A stretch of 41,872 nt of DNA from Acidimicrobiales bacterium (GTDB taxonomy: Bacteria; Actinomycetota; Acidimicrobiia; Acidimicrobiales; VFJN01): NCBI GenBank assembly GCA_035693765.1, contig DASSGC010000144.1, positions 1 to 41,872 of the forward strand. Direction: 5' to 3'. This document shows, one piece after another, positions 10,314 to 19,295 of the stretch; position 1 is the first letter of the stretch, and each line of letters begins with the position of its first letter. Both the position numbers and the translations under genes were made by a program. Below the pieces are notes generated by a model that did no database searches, was not told the DNA's origin, and saw only the letters and a list, made by a program, of their open reading frames with translations.

Positions 10314-10332
10314 ATCTGACACACCGTCAGAA
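10314..10332. promoter_or_regulatory. 19-bp palindromic operator candidate ATCTGAC-N5-GTCAGAA (site 2)
   Basis: ATCTGACacaccGTCAGAA lies 12-30 nt upstream of the ACAD GTG start (10302). It has the same half-sites and spacing as 5856-5874. Confidence 0.55.
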
Positions 10333-10404
10333 ATCGACCCGGTTCGGCCGTCCGGCCCCTCGGGCGGCGGCCGCCCGATGGTCTGCCGTAGCCTCGTCGG
10401 CACG

Positions 10405-11577
10405 ATGGCCGAGCGCGTCCCCTACCTGACCAGCCGCCTCCAGGGGTTCGGCACCACGATCTTCGCCGAGATGTCCGCGCTCGCCACCCGCACCGGCGCG
10501 GTGAACCTCGGCCAGGGGTTCCCCGACTACGACGGCCCGGCCGCGGTGCTCGACGCGGCGGTGGAGGCCATCCGCTCGGGGCACAACCAGTACCCGCCGG
10601 GCCGGGGGCTGCCCGTCCTGCGGGAGGCCGTCGCCCGCCACCAGCGGCGGTGGTACGGGCTGGCCTACGATCCGGACACCGAGGTCCTCGTCACCGCGGG
10701 GGCGACCGAGGCCATCGCCGCCGCCTGCCTCGCCCTGTGCGAGCCCGGCGACGAGGTCGTCGTCCTGGAGCCCACCTACGACAGCTACCAGGCGTCCATC
10801 GCCATGGCCGGGGCGACGCCGGTGTTCGTCCGGCTGGCGCCCCCGGGCTACCGGCTCGACGCCGCCGCGCTGCGGGCCGCCGTCACGCCCCGCACCCGCC
10901 TGCTGCTGGTCAACTCGCCCCACAACCCCACGGGGACGGTGCTCGACCGCGACGAGCTGGCCGCCGTCGCCGCCCTGGCCGTCGAGCACGACCTGATCGT
11001 CGTGACCGACGAGGTGTACGAGCACCTGGTCTTCGACGGCCACGCCCACGTGCCGCTGGCGACGCTGCCGGGCATGCGCGAGCGGACCGTGACGGTCTCG
11101 TCGGGCGGCAAGACCTTCAGCACCACGGGCTGGAAGATCGGCTGGGTGTGCGCCCCGGCGGCGCTGGTCGACGCCGTGACGACGGTCAAGCAGTTCCTCA
11201 CGTACGTGAACGGCGCGCCGTTCCAGCCGGCCATCGCCGCGGGGCTCGACCTGCCCGACGACGTCTTCGCCGGCCTGGCCGCCGGCCTGGCCGCCCAGCG
11301 CGACCTGCTCTGCGCCGGCCTCGACGCCGCCGGCTTCACCGTGTTCCGCCCCCAGGGGACCTACTTCGTCACCGTCGACATCCGGCCGTTGCGGCCCGAC
11401 GGCGACGGCATGGCCTTCTGCCGCGAGCTGCCCGACCGGTGCGGCGTGGTCGCCGTCCCCAACCAGGTCTTCTACGCCGACCCCGCGGCCGGGCGCCACC
11501 TGGTCCGGTTCTCGTTCGCCAAGCGGCCCGAGGTGCTGGAGGACGCGGTCGCCCGGCTCGGCAGGCTGGCGCCGTGA
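10405..11577 (+). CDS. Class-I PLP aminotransferase (glutamine transaminase K / YbdL / MtnE-like)
   Basis: MAERVPYLTSRLQGFGTTIFAEMSALA...NLGQGFPDYDGP...LLLVNSPHNPTGTVL...SSGGKTFSTTGWKIGW (PLP-Lys motif). Confidence 0.92.
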   Translation: MAERVPYLTSRLQGFGTTIFAEMSALATRTGAVNLGQGFPDYDGPAAVLDAAVEAIRSGHNQYPPGRGLPVLREAVARHQRRWYGLAYDPDTEVLVTAGATEAIAAACLALCEPGDEVVVLEPTYDSYQASIAMAGATPVFVRLAPPGYRLDAAALRAAVTPRTRLLLVNSPHNPTGTVLDRDELAAVAALAVEHDLIVVTDEVYEHLVFDGHAHVPLATLPGMRERTVTVSSGGKTFSTTGWKIGWVCAPAALVDAVTTVKQFLTYVNGAPFQPAIAAGLDLPDDVFAGLAAGLAAQRDLLCAGLDAAGFTVFRPQGTYFVTVDIRPLRPDGDGMAFCRELPDRCGVVAVPNQVFYADPAAGRHLVRFSFAKRPEVLEDAVARLGRLAP

Positions 11578-12398
11578 GGGTCGCCGTCGTCCAGCACGAC
11601 ATCGTCTGGGAGGACCGGGCCGCCAACTTCGACCGGCTCGCGCCGCAGGTCGAGGCGGCCGCCGGGGCGGGCGCCCGGCTGGTGCTCCTGTCGGAGACGT
11701 TCTCGACCGGGTTCTCGATGCACACCGAGCGGACCGCCGAGCCGGAGGGCGGCCCCTCCTCCGAGTTCCTCCGGGCCCGGGCCCGGGAGCACGACGTCTG
11801 GATCGGCGGCTCGTGCCCCGAGGTGCGGGTGCCCGGCGACCCGCCGCACAACACCTTCGTGCTGGCCGGGCCGGACGGCACCGTGCATCGCTACCGCAAG
11901 GTCCACCGCTTCGGCTACGGCGGCGAGGACAAGAAGTTCGCAGCCGGGTCCGAGCGGGTGACGGTCACGGTCGACGGCCTCCGGGTGACCCTCTTCGTCT
12001 GCTACGACCTGCGGTTCGCCGACGACTGGTGGGCCGTCGCGGGCGACACCGACGCCTACCTCTGCGTGGCCAACTGGCCGTCGGCCCGCCGCCGGCACTG
12101 GCAGGCGCTGCTGGTGGCCCGGGCCATCGAGAACCAGGCCTACGTCGTGGCCTGCAACCGGGTGGGCGGCGGCGGCAAGCTCGACTACGCGGGCGACAGC
12201 ATGATCGTCGACCCGCTGGGCGAGGTGCTGGCGTCCGGCGCCGGCACCGAGGCGCTGCTGGTGGCCGACGTCGACCCCGCCGTCGTGGCGGGGGTGCGGG
12301 CGGAGTTCCCGTTCCTCGCCGACCGGAACGTCGACCGGACCGTCGACCGGATCGCCGACCGGACCGTCGACCGGACCGCCGACCCCACCGGTCGCTGA
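11574..12398 (+). CDS. Carbon-nitrogen hydrolase family protein (omega-amidase / Nit2 / YafV-like)
   Basis: GTG at 11574 overlaps the aminotransferase stop (GTGA). The sequence reads VRVAVVQHDIVWEDRAANF...LLSETFSTGF...VCYDLRFADDW (Glu-Lys-Cys triad context). The C-terminus is a DRxV repeat tail. Confidence 0.9.
   Translation: MRVAVVQHDIVWEDRAANFDRLAPQVEAAAGAGARLVLLSETFSTGFSMHTERTAEPEGGPSSEFLRARAREHDVWIGGSCPEVRVPGDPPHNTFVLAGPDGTVHRYRKVHRFGYGGEDKKFAAGSERVTVTVDGLRVTLFVCYDLRFADDWWAVAGDTDAYLCVANWPSARRRHWQALLVARAIENQAYVVACNRVGGGGKLDYAGDSMIVDPLGEVLASGAGTEALLVADVDPAVVAGVRAEFPFLADRNVDRTVDRIADRTVDRTADPTGR
12321..12392 (+). repeat. Six tandem 12-nt repeats (GACCGGACCGTC-like) encoding DRNV-DRTV-DRIA-DRTV-DRTA-DPTG
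   Basis: Read directly from the sequence. They are in frame at the 3' end of the C-N hydrolase gene. Confidence 0.9.
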
Positions 12399-12483
12399 AG
12401 GAAAGTGGTCGTACAGCATCCATCCTCGTTCAAAGACATGCCAGGCCTCGGAAACGGTTCCGGACCGTCCTAGCCTTCCCGGC

Positions 12484-14442
12484 ATGCGGTACAGCGGCGC
12501 TCCGGCAGCAGGCGGCATGGGCCCGCGCGGCTCGCTGCTCGGCGCCGACCCGGCCACGCTCGGCGACGCCCGGTTCCGCGGCGCGCTGGCCCGCCGCGTG
12601 TGGGCCTTCGCCCGGCCCTACCGGTGGCTGCTGGCGGGCTACGCCGCCCTCATCGTGGGCCAGGCGCTGGTCGGGCTCGCCCCGCCGCTGCTGTTCCGGC
12701 AGATCATCGACGAGGCGATCCCCGCGAAGGACCGCGGGCTGCTCCACCTGCTGGCCGGCGTGGCGGTGGTCACGGCCCTGGTCAGCGCCGTGCTCGCCGT
12801 CGGCGACCGCTACTGGTCGGCCCGCATCGGCGAGGGTGTCATCTACGACCTCCGGGTGGCCGTGTTCCGGCACGTCCAGCGGATGCCGATCGCCTTCTTC
12901 ACCCGCACGCAGACCGGCGCGCTGACCAGCCGCCTCAACTCCGACGTCATCGGCGCCCAGCGGGCGCTGACCGGCACCATCGGCACCGTGGCCTCCAACG
13001 CGGTCACGCTGGTCACCGTCGTGGCCGCCATGGCCGCCCTGGAGTGGCGGCTGACCGTGCTCTCCCTGATCGTGCTGCCCGCGTTCATCGTGCCCGCCAA
13101 GCGGGTCGGGCGCCGCCTGCAGGCCGTCACCCGCGAGCAGATGGACCTCAACGCCTCGCTCAACACCACCATGACCGAGCGCTTCAACGTGTCGGGCGCG
13201 CTGCTCGTGAAGCTGTTCGGCCGGGCGGCCGACGAGGAGCGGAGCTTCGCCGGACGGGCCGACGGCGTGCGCCGCACCGGCATCCGGGCCGCGCTCTACG
13301 GCCGCACGTTCTTCATCGCCCTGGGGCTCGTCGGCGCCGTCGGCACCGCCGCCGTCTACTGGATCGGTGGCCTGCAGGTGCTGTCGGAGGACATGTCGCT
13401 CGGCACCCTCGTCGCCATGGCGGCGTTCGTGGGCCGGCTGTACGGCCCGCTGACCTCCCTGACCAACGCGCGGGTCGACCTGATGAGCGCCCTCGTCTCG
13501 TTCGACCGGGTGTTCGAGGTGCTCGACGCGCCGACGCCGCTGGTCGACGCGCCGGGCGCCGTCGACCTCGGCCGCCCGCAGGGCCGCATCGAGCTGGACG
13601 GCGTGCGGTTCACCTACCCCGACCGGCCGATCATCCCAACCCTCGAGCTCGACCCCAACGTCGGCGCGCCGATCGCCCGGCGCGACGGCACGGCGGGCGA
13701 CGAAGGTACGCCGGGCGGGGCTCGCGAGGTGCTCCACGGCGTGTCGGCCACCATCGAGCCGGGCCAGCTCGTCGCCCTGGTCGGCCCGTCCGGCGGGGGC
13801 AAGACGACGCTGTCGATGCTCGTGCCGCGGCTCTACGACGTGACCGAGGGCGCCGTCCGGGTCGACGGTCACGACGTGCGCGACCTCACGCAGGACTCGC
13901 TGCACGACGCCATCGGCGTCGTCGTCCAGGACCCGCACCTGTTCCACGACACCATCGGCAACAACCTCCGCTACGCCCGCCCCGACGCCACGCCGGCCGA
14001 GGTCGAGGCCGCGGCTCGGGCGGCCCGGATCCACGGCGTGATCGCCCGGCTCCCCGACGGCTACGACACGGTGGTGGGCGAGCGGGGCTACCGCCTCTCC
14101 GGGGGCGAGAAGCAGCGGGTGGCGATCGCCCGCATGCTGCTCAAGGACCCGGCGATCGTCATCCTCGACGAGGCCACCAGCCACCTCGACAGCGAGAACG
14201 AGGCCGCGATCCAGCGGGCCCTGGCCGATGCCCTCGCCGGGCGGACCAGCATCGTCATCGCCCACCGGCTGTCGACCATCACGGCGGCAGACCAGATCCT
14301 GGTGGTCGACGACGGCCGGGTGGTCGAGCGGGGCCGGCACGCCGACCTCCTGGCCGCCGGCGGGCTGTACGCGGACCTCTACCGCACCCTCGTGCGCGAG
14401 GACGTCGGCCCCGCAGCCGCCGCGGTCGCCCTCGACGTCTGA
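12484..14442 (+). CDS. ABC exporter, fused permease/ATPase (MsbA/MdlB type)
   Basis: 652 aa. Six TM helices are followed by Walker A GPSGGGKTT, signature LSGGEKQRVAIAR and Walker B IVILDEATS. Confidence 0.93.
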   Translation: MRYSGAPAAGGMGPRGSLLGADPATLGDARFRGALARRVWAFARPYRWLLAGYAALIVGQALVGLAPPLLFRQIIDEAIPAKDRGLLHLLAGVAVVTALVSAVLAVGDRYWSARIGEGVIYDLRVAVFRHVQRMPIAFFTRTQTGALTSRLNSDVIGAQRALTGTIGTVASNAVTLVTVVAAMAALEWRLTVLSLIVLPAFIVPAKRVGRRLQAVTREQMDLNASLNTTMTERFNVSGALLVKLFGRAADEERSFAGRADGVRRTGIRAALYGRTFFIALGLVGAVGTAAVYWIGGLQVLSEDMSLGTLVAMAAFVGRLYGPLTSLTNARVDLMSALVSFDRVFEVLDAPTPLVDAPGAVDLGRPQGRIELDGVRFTYPDRPIIPTLELDPNVGAPIARRDGTAGDEGTPGGAREVLHGVSATIEPGQLVALVGPSGGGKTTLSMLVPRLYDVTEGAVRVDGHDVRDLTQDSLHDAIGVVVQDPHLFHDTIGNNLRYARPDATPAEVEAAARAARIHGVIARLPDGYDTVVGERGYRLSGGEKQRVAIARMLLKDPAIVILDEATSHLDSENEAAIQRALADALAGRTSIVIAHRLSTITAADQILVVDDGRVVERGRHADLLAAGGLYADLYRTLVREDVGPAAAAVALDV

Positions 14443-14621
14443 CGAGCCCGCCGATGCAAGGTCCCGGACGCCGCTGCCACAGCATCGACCCGCATGCCCA
14501 CCGGCGTGATGACAGCGATGACGCGACCGTGCTCGGTGACCTCGAGGCTGTGGCCGGCCTTCACCCTTGCGAGGTGTCGACTGGTGTGGTGACTCAACTC
14601 TCTGACGCCTACGGACGGCAT
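14379..14621 (-). CDS. Phd/YefM-family type II antitoxin, orphan and probably C-terminally degenerate
   Basis: From the ATG at 14621 the protein reads MPSVGVRELSHHTSRHLARVKAGHSLEVTEHGRVIAVITPVG, a typical Phd/YefM N-terminal domain. The last 21 codons run antisense through the ABC transporter 3' end. No toxin ORF follows. Confidence 0.55.
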   Translation of the reverse strand: MPSVGVRELSHHTSRHLARVKAGHSLEVTEHGRVIAVITPVGMRVDAVAAASGTLHRRARQTSRATAAAAGPTSSRTRVR

Positions 14622-14628
14622 GGGAAGA

Positions 14629-14650
14629 TGTAACAACAATTGTGTCTACA
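14629..14650. promoter_or_regulatory. AT-rich imperfect palindrome just upstream of the antitoxin start
   Basis: tgtaacaACAATTGTgtctaca, with a perfect ACAATTGT core at 14636-14643. It is the lowest-GC spot in this part of the window. Confidence 0.4.
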
Positions 14651-14675
14651 TTTGGCCCGTAGGGACGGGGCGCGG

Positions 14676-15434
14676 TCAGGCCGGCGCGTGCGACTTGAGG
14701 AAGGCGATGTCGTCCTTGCGGCCCTCGTCCGCGGTCTCGCAGATCACCGGGGCGGCCGCCGTGTTGACCACGGCCACCAGCAGGTCGGGGTCGATCTCGC
14801 CGGCGCCCAGGTTGGCGTGGCGGTCGCGGCCCGACCCGTGCCCGTCCTTCGAGTCGTTGCAGTGCACCAGGTCGATGCGCCCCGTGATGCCGAGGAGGCG
14901 CTCGACCGCGTCGACGAGCGCCTCGCCGGCCGCCCAGGCGTGGCAGGTGTCGAGGCAGAACCCGATGCCCGTGTCGCCGATGTGCTCCCACAGCCGGGCG
15001 ATGGTGTCGAAGTGGCGGGCCATGGCGTGGTCGCCGCCCGCGGTGTTCTCGAGGTAGATCGGGACCTCGGTCTCGACGGTGTCGAGGCCCTTGCGCCAGC
15101 GGGCGAACCCGGCCCCGGGCTCGTCGTCCTCGGTGACGTGGCCGCCGTGGACGATCACGGCCTGCGCGCCGATCTCGGCCGCGGCGTCGCACGTCTGCTG
15201 GAGGATCTTGCGCGACGGGATGCGGATCTTGTTGTTCGGCGACGCCAGGTTCACCAGGTAGGGCGCGTGCACGTAGATGGGCGTGGACGAGGCCCTGAGG
15301 GCCTCGGCGTCCTCCCGCGGCTTGGGCTTGCGCCAGCTCTGCGGGTCGCCGAGGAAGATCTGGACGATGTCGGCGCCCTCGGCGGCCGCGCTGGCGAGCG
15401 GGTCGGACGGGGGAACATGCGATCCGATGAGCAC
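14676..15434 (-). CDS. nfo: Endonuclease IV (AP endonuclease family 2)
   Basis: 252 aa with GTG start. Sequence includes IGSHV...[13 protein letters not shown]...IVHGG...YLENTAG...[12 protein letters not shown]...HCNDSKD. Confidence 0.93.
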   Translation of the reverse strand: MLIGSHVPPSDPLASAAAEGADIVQIFLGDPQSWRKPKPREDAEALRASSTPIYVHAPYLVNLASPNNKIRIPSRKILQQTCDAAAEIGAQAVIVHGGHVTEDDEPGAGFARWRKGLDTVETEVPIYLENTAGGDHAMARHFDTIARLWEHIGDTGIGFCLDTCHAWAAGEALVDAVERLLGITGRIDLVHCNDSKDGHGSGRDRHANLGAGEIDPDLLVAVVNTAAAPVICETADEGRKDDIAFLKSHAPA

Positions 15435-15480
15435 GCCCCCACCCTACGCCCGGACCGGCCGAACTTGCGCCCCGGCGCTG

Positions 15481-15497
15481 ATACCCCGTTAGGGTAT
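15481..15497. promoter_or_regulatory. CsoR-type operator ATACCC-cgtta-GGGTAT
   Basis: The palindrome lies 5 nt upstream of the csoR GTG. It matches the GC-rich TACCC...GGGTA type of CsoR operators as I recall them. Confidence 0.6.
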
Positions 15498-15501
15498 ACA
15501 T

Positions 15502-15783
15502 GTGGCTGGCTACACGATGACGAAGGACGACTACCTCAAGCGCCTGCGCCGGATCGAAGGCCAGGTCCGGGGCCTCCAGCGGATGGTGGAGGGTGACACG
15601 TACTGCATCGACGTCCTGACCCAGATCTCGGCGGTGACCAGCGCGCTCCAGAGCGTCGCGGTCGGCCTGCTCGACGAGCACCTGCACCACTGCGTCACCG
15701 ACGCCGTCGCCGCCGGCGCACCGGACGCCGAGGCGAAGGTCAGCGAGGCCACCCGGGCCATCGAGCGCCTGGTCAAGAGTTGA
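15502..15783 (+). CDS. csoR: CsoR-family copper-sensing repressor
   Basis: [36 protein letters not shown]...[10 protein letters not shown] gives the C-H-C Cu(I) ligand pattern. An alternative ATG start is at 15517. Confidence 0.92.
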   Translation: MAGYTMTKDDYLKRLRRIEGQVRGLQRMVEGDTYCIDVLTQISAVTSALQSVAVGLLDEHLHHCVTDAVAAGAPDAEAKVSEATRAIERLVKS

Positions 15784-18182
15784 CCACCCGGCACGTCGAT
15801 CTGGCCATCGACGGCATGACCTGTGCCTCGTGCGCGGCCCGCATCGAGCGCACGCTCAACGGGATCGACGGCGTCGAGGCCACGGTCAACTACGTCACCG
15901 AGCGAGCCAGCGTCGACTTCGACGGCGACGCCGTCGAGGCCGAGCGCCTGGTCACGGCCGTCGAGAAGCTCGGCTACAGGGTGGGCGAGCGGCCCGCCAC
16001 CGGGGCGACACTCACGCCTCCGGCCGTCGCCGCTCCCGTCCCGGAGCAGGTCGGGCCGCCGGCCCGGGTCGAGGGGCTCCAGGTCGGCGGGCTCCGCTCC
16101 CGCCGGCCGGTCGAGGCCCCGGCGGAGGCCGGGACGGAGGCCCCGGCGGTCGAGCCGGCGGCGGCGCGCACGGCCGCCCGCGGCGAGGCCCGCCCGGGCG
16201 CGCTCCGCGCGATGGCCGAGGACCCGCTCGGTCAGCGGCTGCTGTGGTCGCTCGTGCTCGGCGTGCCGGTCGTGGCGATGGCCATGGTGCCGGCGCTCCA
16301 GTTCGACGAGTGGATGTGGCTCAGCTTCGCGCTCGCCTCGCCGGTGGCGCTGTGGGGCGCGTGGCCGTTCCATCGGGCCGCCCTCGTCAACCTGCGCCAC
16401 GGGGCCACGACGATGGACACGCTCGTGTCGGTGGGGGTGAGCGCCGCGTACGGCTGGTCGATCTACGCCCTCTTCTGGGGACACGCCGGGATGCCGGGCA
16501 TGACCCACGACTTCACGCTCGCCGCCGGGTCCGGCGACGCCGCCAGCCAGATCTACCTGGAGGTGGCGGCCGGCGTCCCGATCTTCATCCTGGCCGGCCG
16601 CTATGCCGAGGCACGCGCCAAGCGGCGGGCGGGCGCGGCCATCTCTGCGCTCCTCGACCTCGGGGCGAAGGACGTCAGCCTGCTCGGGCCCGACGGCCGT
16701 GAGCGCCGCCGACCGGTCGACGACCTGGCGGTGGGGATGCGCTTCGTCGTCCGGCCGGGGGAGAAGATCGCCACCGACGGCGTGGTGGTGGAGGGTGCGT
16801 CGGCCGTCGACCGGTCGCTGCTGACGGGCGAGAGCGCGCCGGTCGAGGTCGGGCCGGGCGACGCGGTGGCGGGCGCCACCGTCAACGCCGGGGGCCGGCT
16901 GGTGGTGGAGGCGACCGGCGTCGGCGCCGACACCGCGCTGGCCCACATCGCCCGGCTGGTCGAGCAGGCCCAGACGGGGAAGGCGCCCGTGCAGCGGCTG
17001 GCCGACCGCATCTCCGCGTGGTTCGTGCCGGCCGTCATCGTGCTGGCGGCCGCCACGCTCGGCGCCTGGCTGGCGACCGGCCACGCCGGGACCGAGGCGT
17101 TCGCCGCCGCGGTGGCGGTGCTGATCATCGCCTGCCCGTGCGCCCTGGGCCTGGCGACGCCGACGGCGCTGATGGTGGGCACGGGCCGGGGCGCCCAGCT
17201 CGGGGTGCTGATCCGGGGGCCCGAGGTGCTGGAGTCGACCCGGGCGGTCGACACCGTCGTCCTCGACAAGACCGGCACGGTCACCACCGGCACGATGCGC
17301 CTGGTCGGCGTGACGGCTGCGCCGGGGACCGGCGAGGCGACGGCGCTGCGCCGGGCCGGCGCCCTGGAGGCCGCGTCCGAGCACCCGATCGCCCGTGCGG
17401 TCGCCGCCGGGGCGGAGGAGCGGGTCGGCGCGCTGCCGCGGGTCGACCGGTTCCGCAGCCTGGCCGGGCTCGGCGTCGAGGGCACCGTCGACGGCCTGGA
17501 CGTGGTGGTGGGCCGGCCCACGCTGCTCGCCGACCGGGGCCTGTCCGTCCCGCCGCCGCTGTCCGAGGCGCTGGCCGCGGCGGAGGCGGCGGGGACCACC
17601 GCGGTGGTCGTCGGCTGGGACGGTGCCGCCCGGGCCGTGCTCGGTGTGGCCGACGAGGTCAAGCCCACCAGCGCCGCGGCCGTCGCCGAGCTGCGGGCGC
17701 TGGGCCTGACCCCGCTGCTGCTCACCGGCGACAATGCCGCAACGGCGCGCACGGTGGCGGAGGCCGTCGGCATCGACCGGGTCGAGGCCGACGTGCTGCC
17801 CGGCGACAAGGTGGCGGTGGTGCGCCGGCTGCAGGACGAGGGCCGGGTCGTCGCCGTGGTCGGCGACGGCGTGAACGACGCTGCGGCGCTGGCGCAGGCC
17901 GATCTCGGCCTGGCCATGGGCACGGGCACCGACGTGGCCATCGAGGCCGGCGACATCACGCTCGTCAGCGGCGACCTCACCGCCGCCCCCCGGGCGGTCC
18001 GGCTGGCCCGCCGCACCCTGCGCACGATCGAGGGCAACCTGTTCTGGGCGTTCGCCTACAACGTCGCCGCCGTGCCGGTGGCGGCGGCCGGCCTGCTCAA
18101 CCCCATGCTGGCCGGCCTGGCGATGGCGTGCTCAAGCGTGTTCGTGGTGACGAACAGCCTGCGGCTGCGCCACTTCCGCTGA
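15780..18182 (+). CDS. copA: Cu(I)-exporting P1B-type ATPase
   Basis: TTG start overlaps the csoR stop (TTGA). Motifs are HMA domain [15 protein letters not shown] ([13 protein letters not shown]), DKTGTVT and [11 protein letters not shown] Pro/Ala/Glu-rich linker of about 100 aa separates the HMA domain from the TM core. Confidence 0.95.
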   Translation: MTTRHVDLAIDGMTCASCAARIERTLNGIDGVEATVNYVTERASVDFDGDAVEAERLVTAVEKLGYRVGERPATGATLTPPAVAAPVPEQVGPPARVEGLQVGGLRSRRPVEAPAEAGTEAPAVEPAAARTAARGEARPGALRAMAEDPLGQRLLWSLVLGVPVVAMAMVPALQFDEWMWLSFALASPVALWGAWPFHRAALVNLRHGATTMDTLVSVGVSAAYGWSIYALFWGHAGMPGMTHDFTLAAGSGDAASQIYLEVAAGVPIFILAGRYAEARAKRRAGAAISALLDLGAKDVSLLGPDGRERRRPVDDLAVGMRFVVRPGEKIATDGVVVEGASAVDRSLLTGESAPVEVGPGDAVAGATVNAGGRLVVEATGVGADTALAHIARLVEQAQTGKAPVQRLADRISAWFVPAVIVLAAATLGAWLATGHAGTEAFAAAVAVLIIACPCALGLATPTALMVGTGRGAQLGVLIRGPEVLESTRAVDTVVLDKTGTVTTGTMRLVGVTAAPGTGEATALRRAGALEAASEHPIARAVAAGAEERVGALPRVDRFRSLAGLGVEGTVDGLDVVVGRPTLLADRGLSVPPPLSEALAAAEAAGTTAVVVGWDGAARAVLGVADEVKPTSAAAVAELRALGLTPLLLTGDNAATARTVAEAVGIDRVEADVLPGDKVAVVRRLQDEGRVVAVVGDGVNDAAALAQADLGLAMGTGTDVAIEAGDITLVSGDLTAAPRAVRLARRTLRTIEGNLFWAFAYNVAAVPVAAAGLLNPMLAGLAMACSSVFVVTNSLRLRHFR

Positions 18183-18452
18183 CAGCCGCCGCTCGACCCA
18201 CAGGGCACCGAGCGGGACGACCGCCGCCACGATCACGGTGGCGGTGGTCGTCGGGGTCCAGCCGAGGCGCGGTCGCACGGCGACGGCCAGCGCCAGGTAG
18301 GCGAGGAACACGAGGCCGTGGGCCAGGCCGCAGACGAACACCGGCGCCGCCCGCGCGCCGAGCACGTGCCGGGACGCGGACGCGGCCAGCAGCACGAGGT
18401 ACGTGGCGGCCTCGACGAGGGCCGCCGCCCGGAACCAACCGACGGTGCTCAC
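18132..18452 (-). CDS. DUF3817-like small membrane protein
   Basis: [16 protein letters not shown]...[16 protein letters not shown]...[11 protein letters not shown] fits the DUF3817 pattern. It overlaps the copA 3' end convergently by 51 nt. Confidence 0.65.
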   Translation of the reverse strand: MSTVGWFRAAALVEAATYLVLLAASASRHVLGARAAPVFVCGLAHGLVFLAYLALAVAVRPRLGWTPTTTATVIVAAVVPLGALWVERRLSAEVAQPQAVRHHEHA

Positions 18453-18654
18453 CAGGGTCTTCCCCCCGCCCCGCCGCGCTGCCGGTGGACGTCACCGGGA
18501 ACGGGGCCGCCGCACGGTAGCGCCGATCGCGCCGGGCCCTGCCGGTTCGGCACCGGCCGTAGTGGGTAGGTGACCAGATGTCAGCGGTCGCGGAGCCGGT
18601 CGCACCCTGTCGCCGTCCGGCGTCCAGGGGCCGCACGGACCGGAGGAGGACCGC

Positions 18655-19218
18655 ATGGCCACCACCTCACCAGACCGCCCGGTCGCCATGGCCGCGCTGC
18701 ACGACGCGAAGCGCCCCGTCACGATCGTGGCCGGCCCGTACGGGCACCCGTTCCACCCGATCCTGGTCACCGTCCCCATCGGCGCGTGGGTCGTGAGCAT
18801 CGTCTTCGACCTCGCCTCGCGCTGGTCGGGTGAGCCCGAGGTGTTCGTGAAGGGGTCGTTCTGGCTCATCGCTGCCGGCATCGTCGGCGCCCTCGCGGCC
18901 GCCGTGTTCGGCCTGCTCGACCTGCTCGCCATCTCGCGCGCCACGCCGGCCTTCCGGACCGGGCTCGCCCACATGGCCCTCAACGTGACGGTGGTCGCCC
19001 TGTTCGCCGTCTCGTTCGCGCTCCGCCGCGACCACCTCGACGAGGGTGACGTCACGGTCGCGGCCTTCGCCTGCTCGGCGGCGGCGCTGGTCCTGCTCGG
19101 CGTGTCGGGGTGGCTGGGCGGCAAGCTCGCCTACCGCTACGGCGTGCGGGTGGCCGACGAGTCGGCCCAGGTCGAGGGCTACGACACCGAGCGCCACGGG
19201 CGTGCGGGCCGCCGGTGA
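18655..19218 (+). CDS. DUF2231-like membrane protein
   Basis: HPFHPILVTVPIGAWVVSIVFDL, plus four TM helices. Confidence 0.75.
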   Translation: MATTSPDRPVAMAALHDAKRPVTIVAGPYGHPFHPILVTVPIGAWVVSIVFDLASRWSGEPEVFVKGSFWLIAAGIVGALAAAVFGLLDLLAISRATPAFRTGLAHMALNVTVVALFAVSFALRRDHLDEGDVTVAAFACSAAALVLLGVSGWLGGKLAYRYGVRVADESAQVEGYDTERHGRAGRR

Positions 19219-19295
19219 GCCCGCCCGGGTGGTGGGCCACGCGGCGCGCTGCACCGCCGTTCGGTCCCGGGCGGCGGCCAGGTCGTGCCGAGCCG

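Noticed and set aside
12430-15690. 1086-aa minus-strand ORF spanning the ABC transporter, nfo and csoR region
   Set aside because: It crosses three well-supported genes on both strands, and its composition is Arg/Pro/Gly/Asp-dominated. It is an antisense or out-of-frame artefact of GC-rich DNA.
15531-17384. 617-aa minus-strand ORF and 478-aa ORF (16601..18037) antisense to copA
   Set aside because: These are shadow frames. copA on the + strand carries all the P1B-ATPase motifs.
19219-19295. Terminator hairpin between the DUF2231 gene and the histidine kinase
   Set aside because: Only a 9-bp imperfect stem with a loop of about 38 nt can be drawn, which is not convincing.
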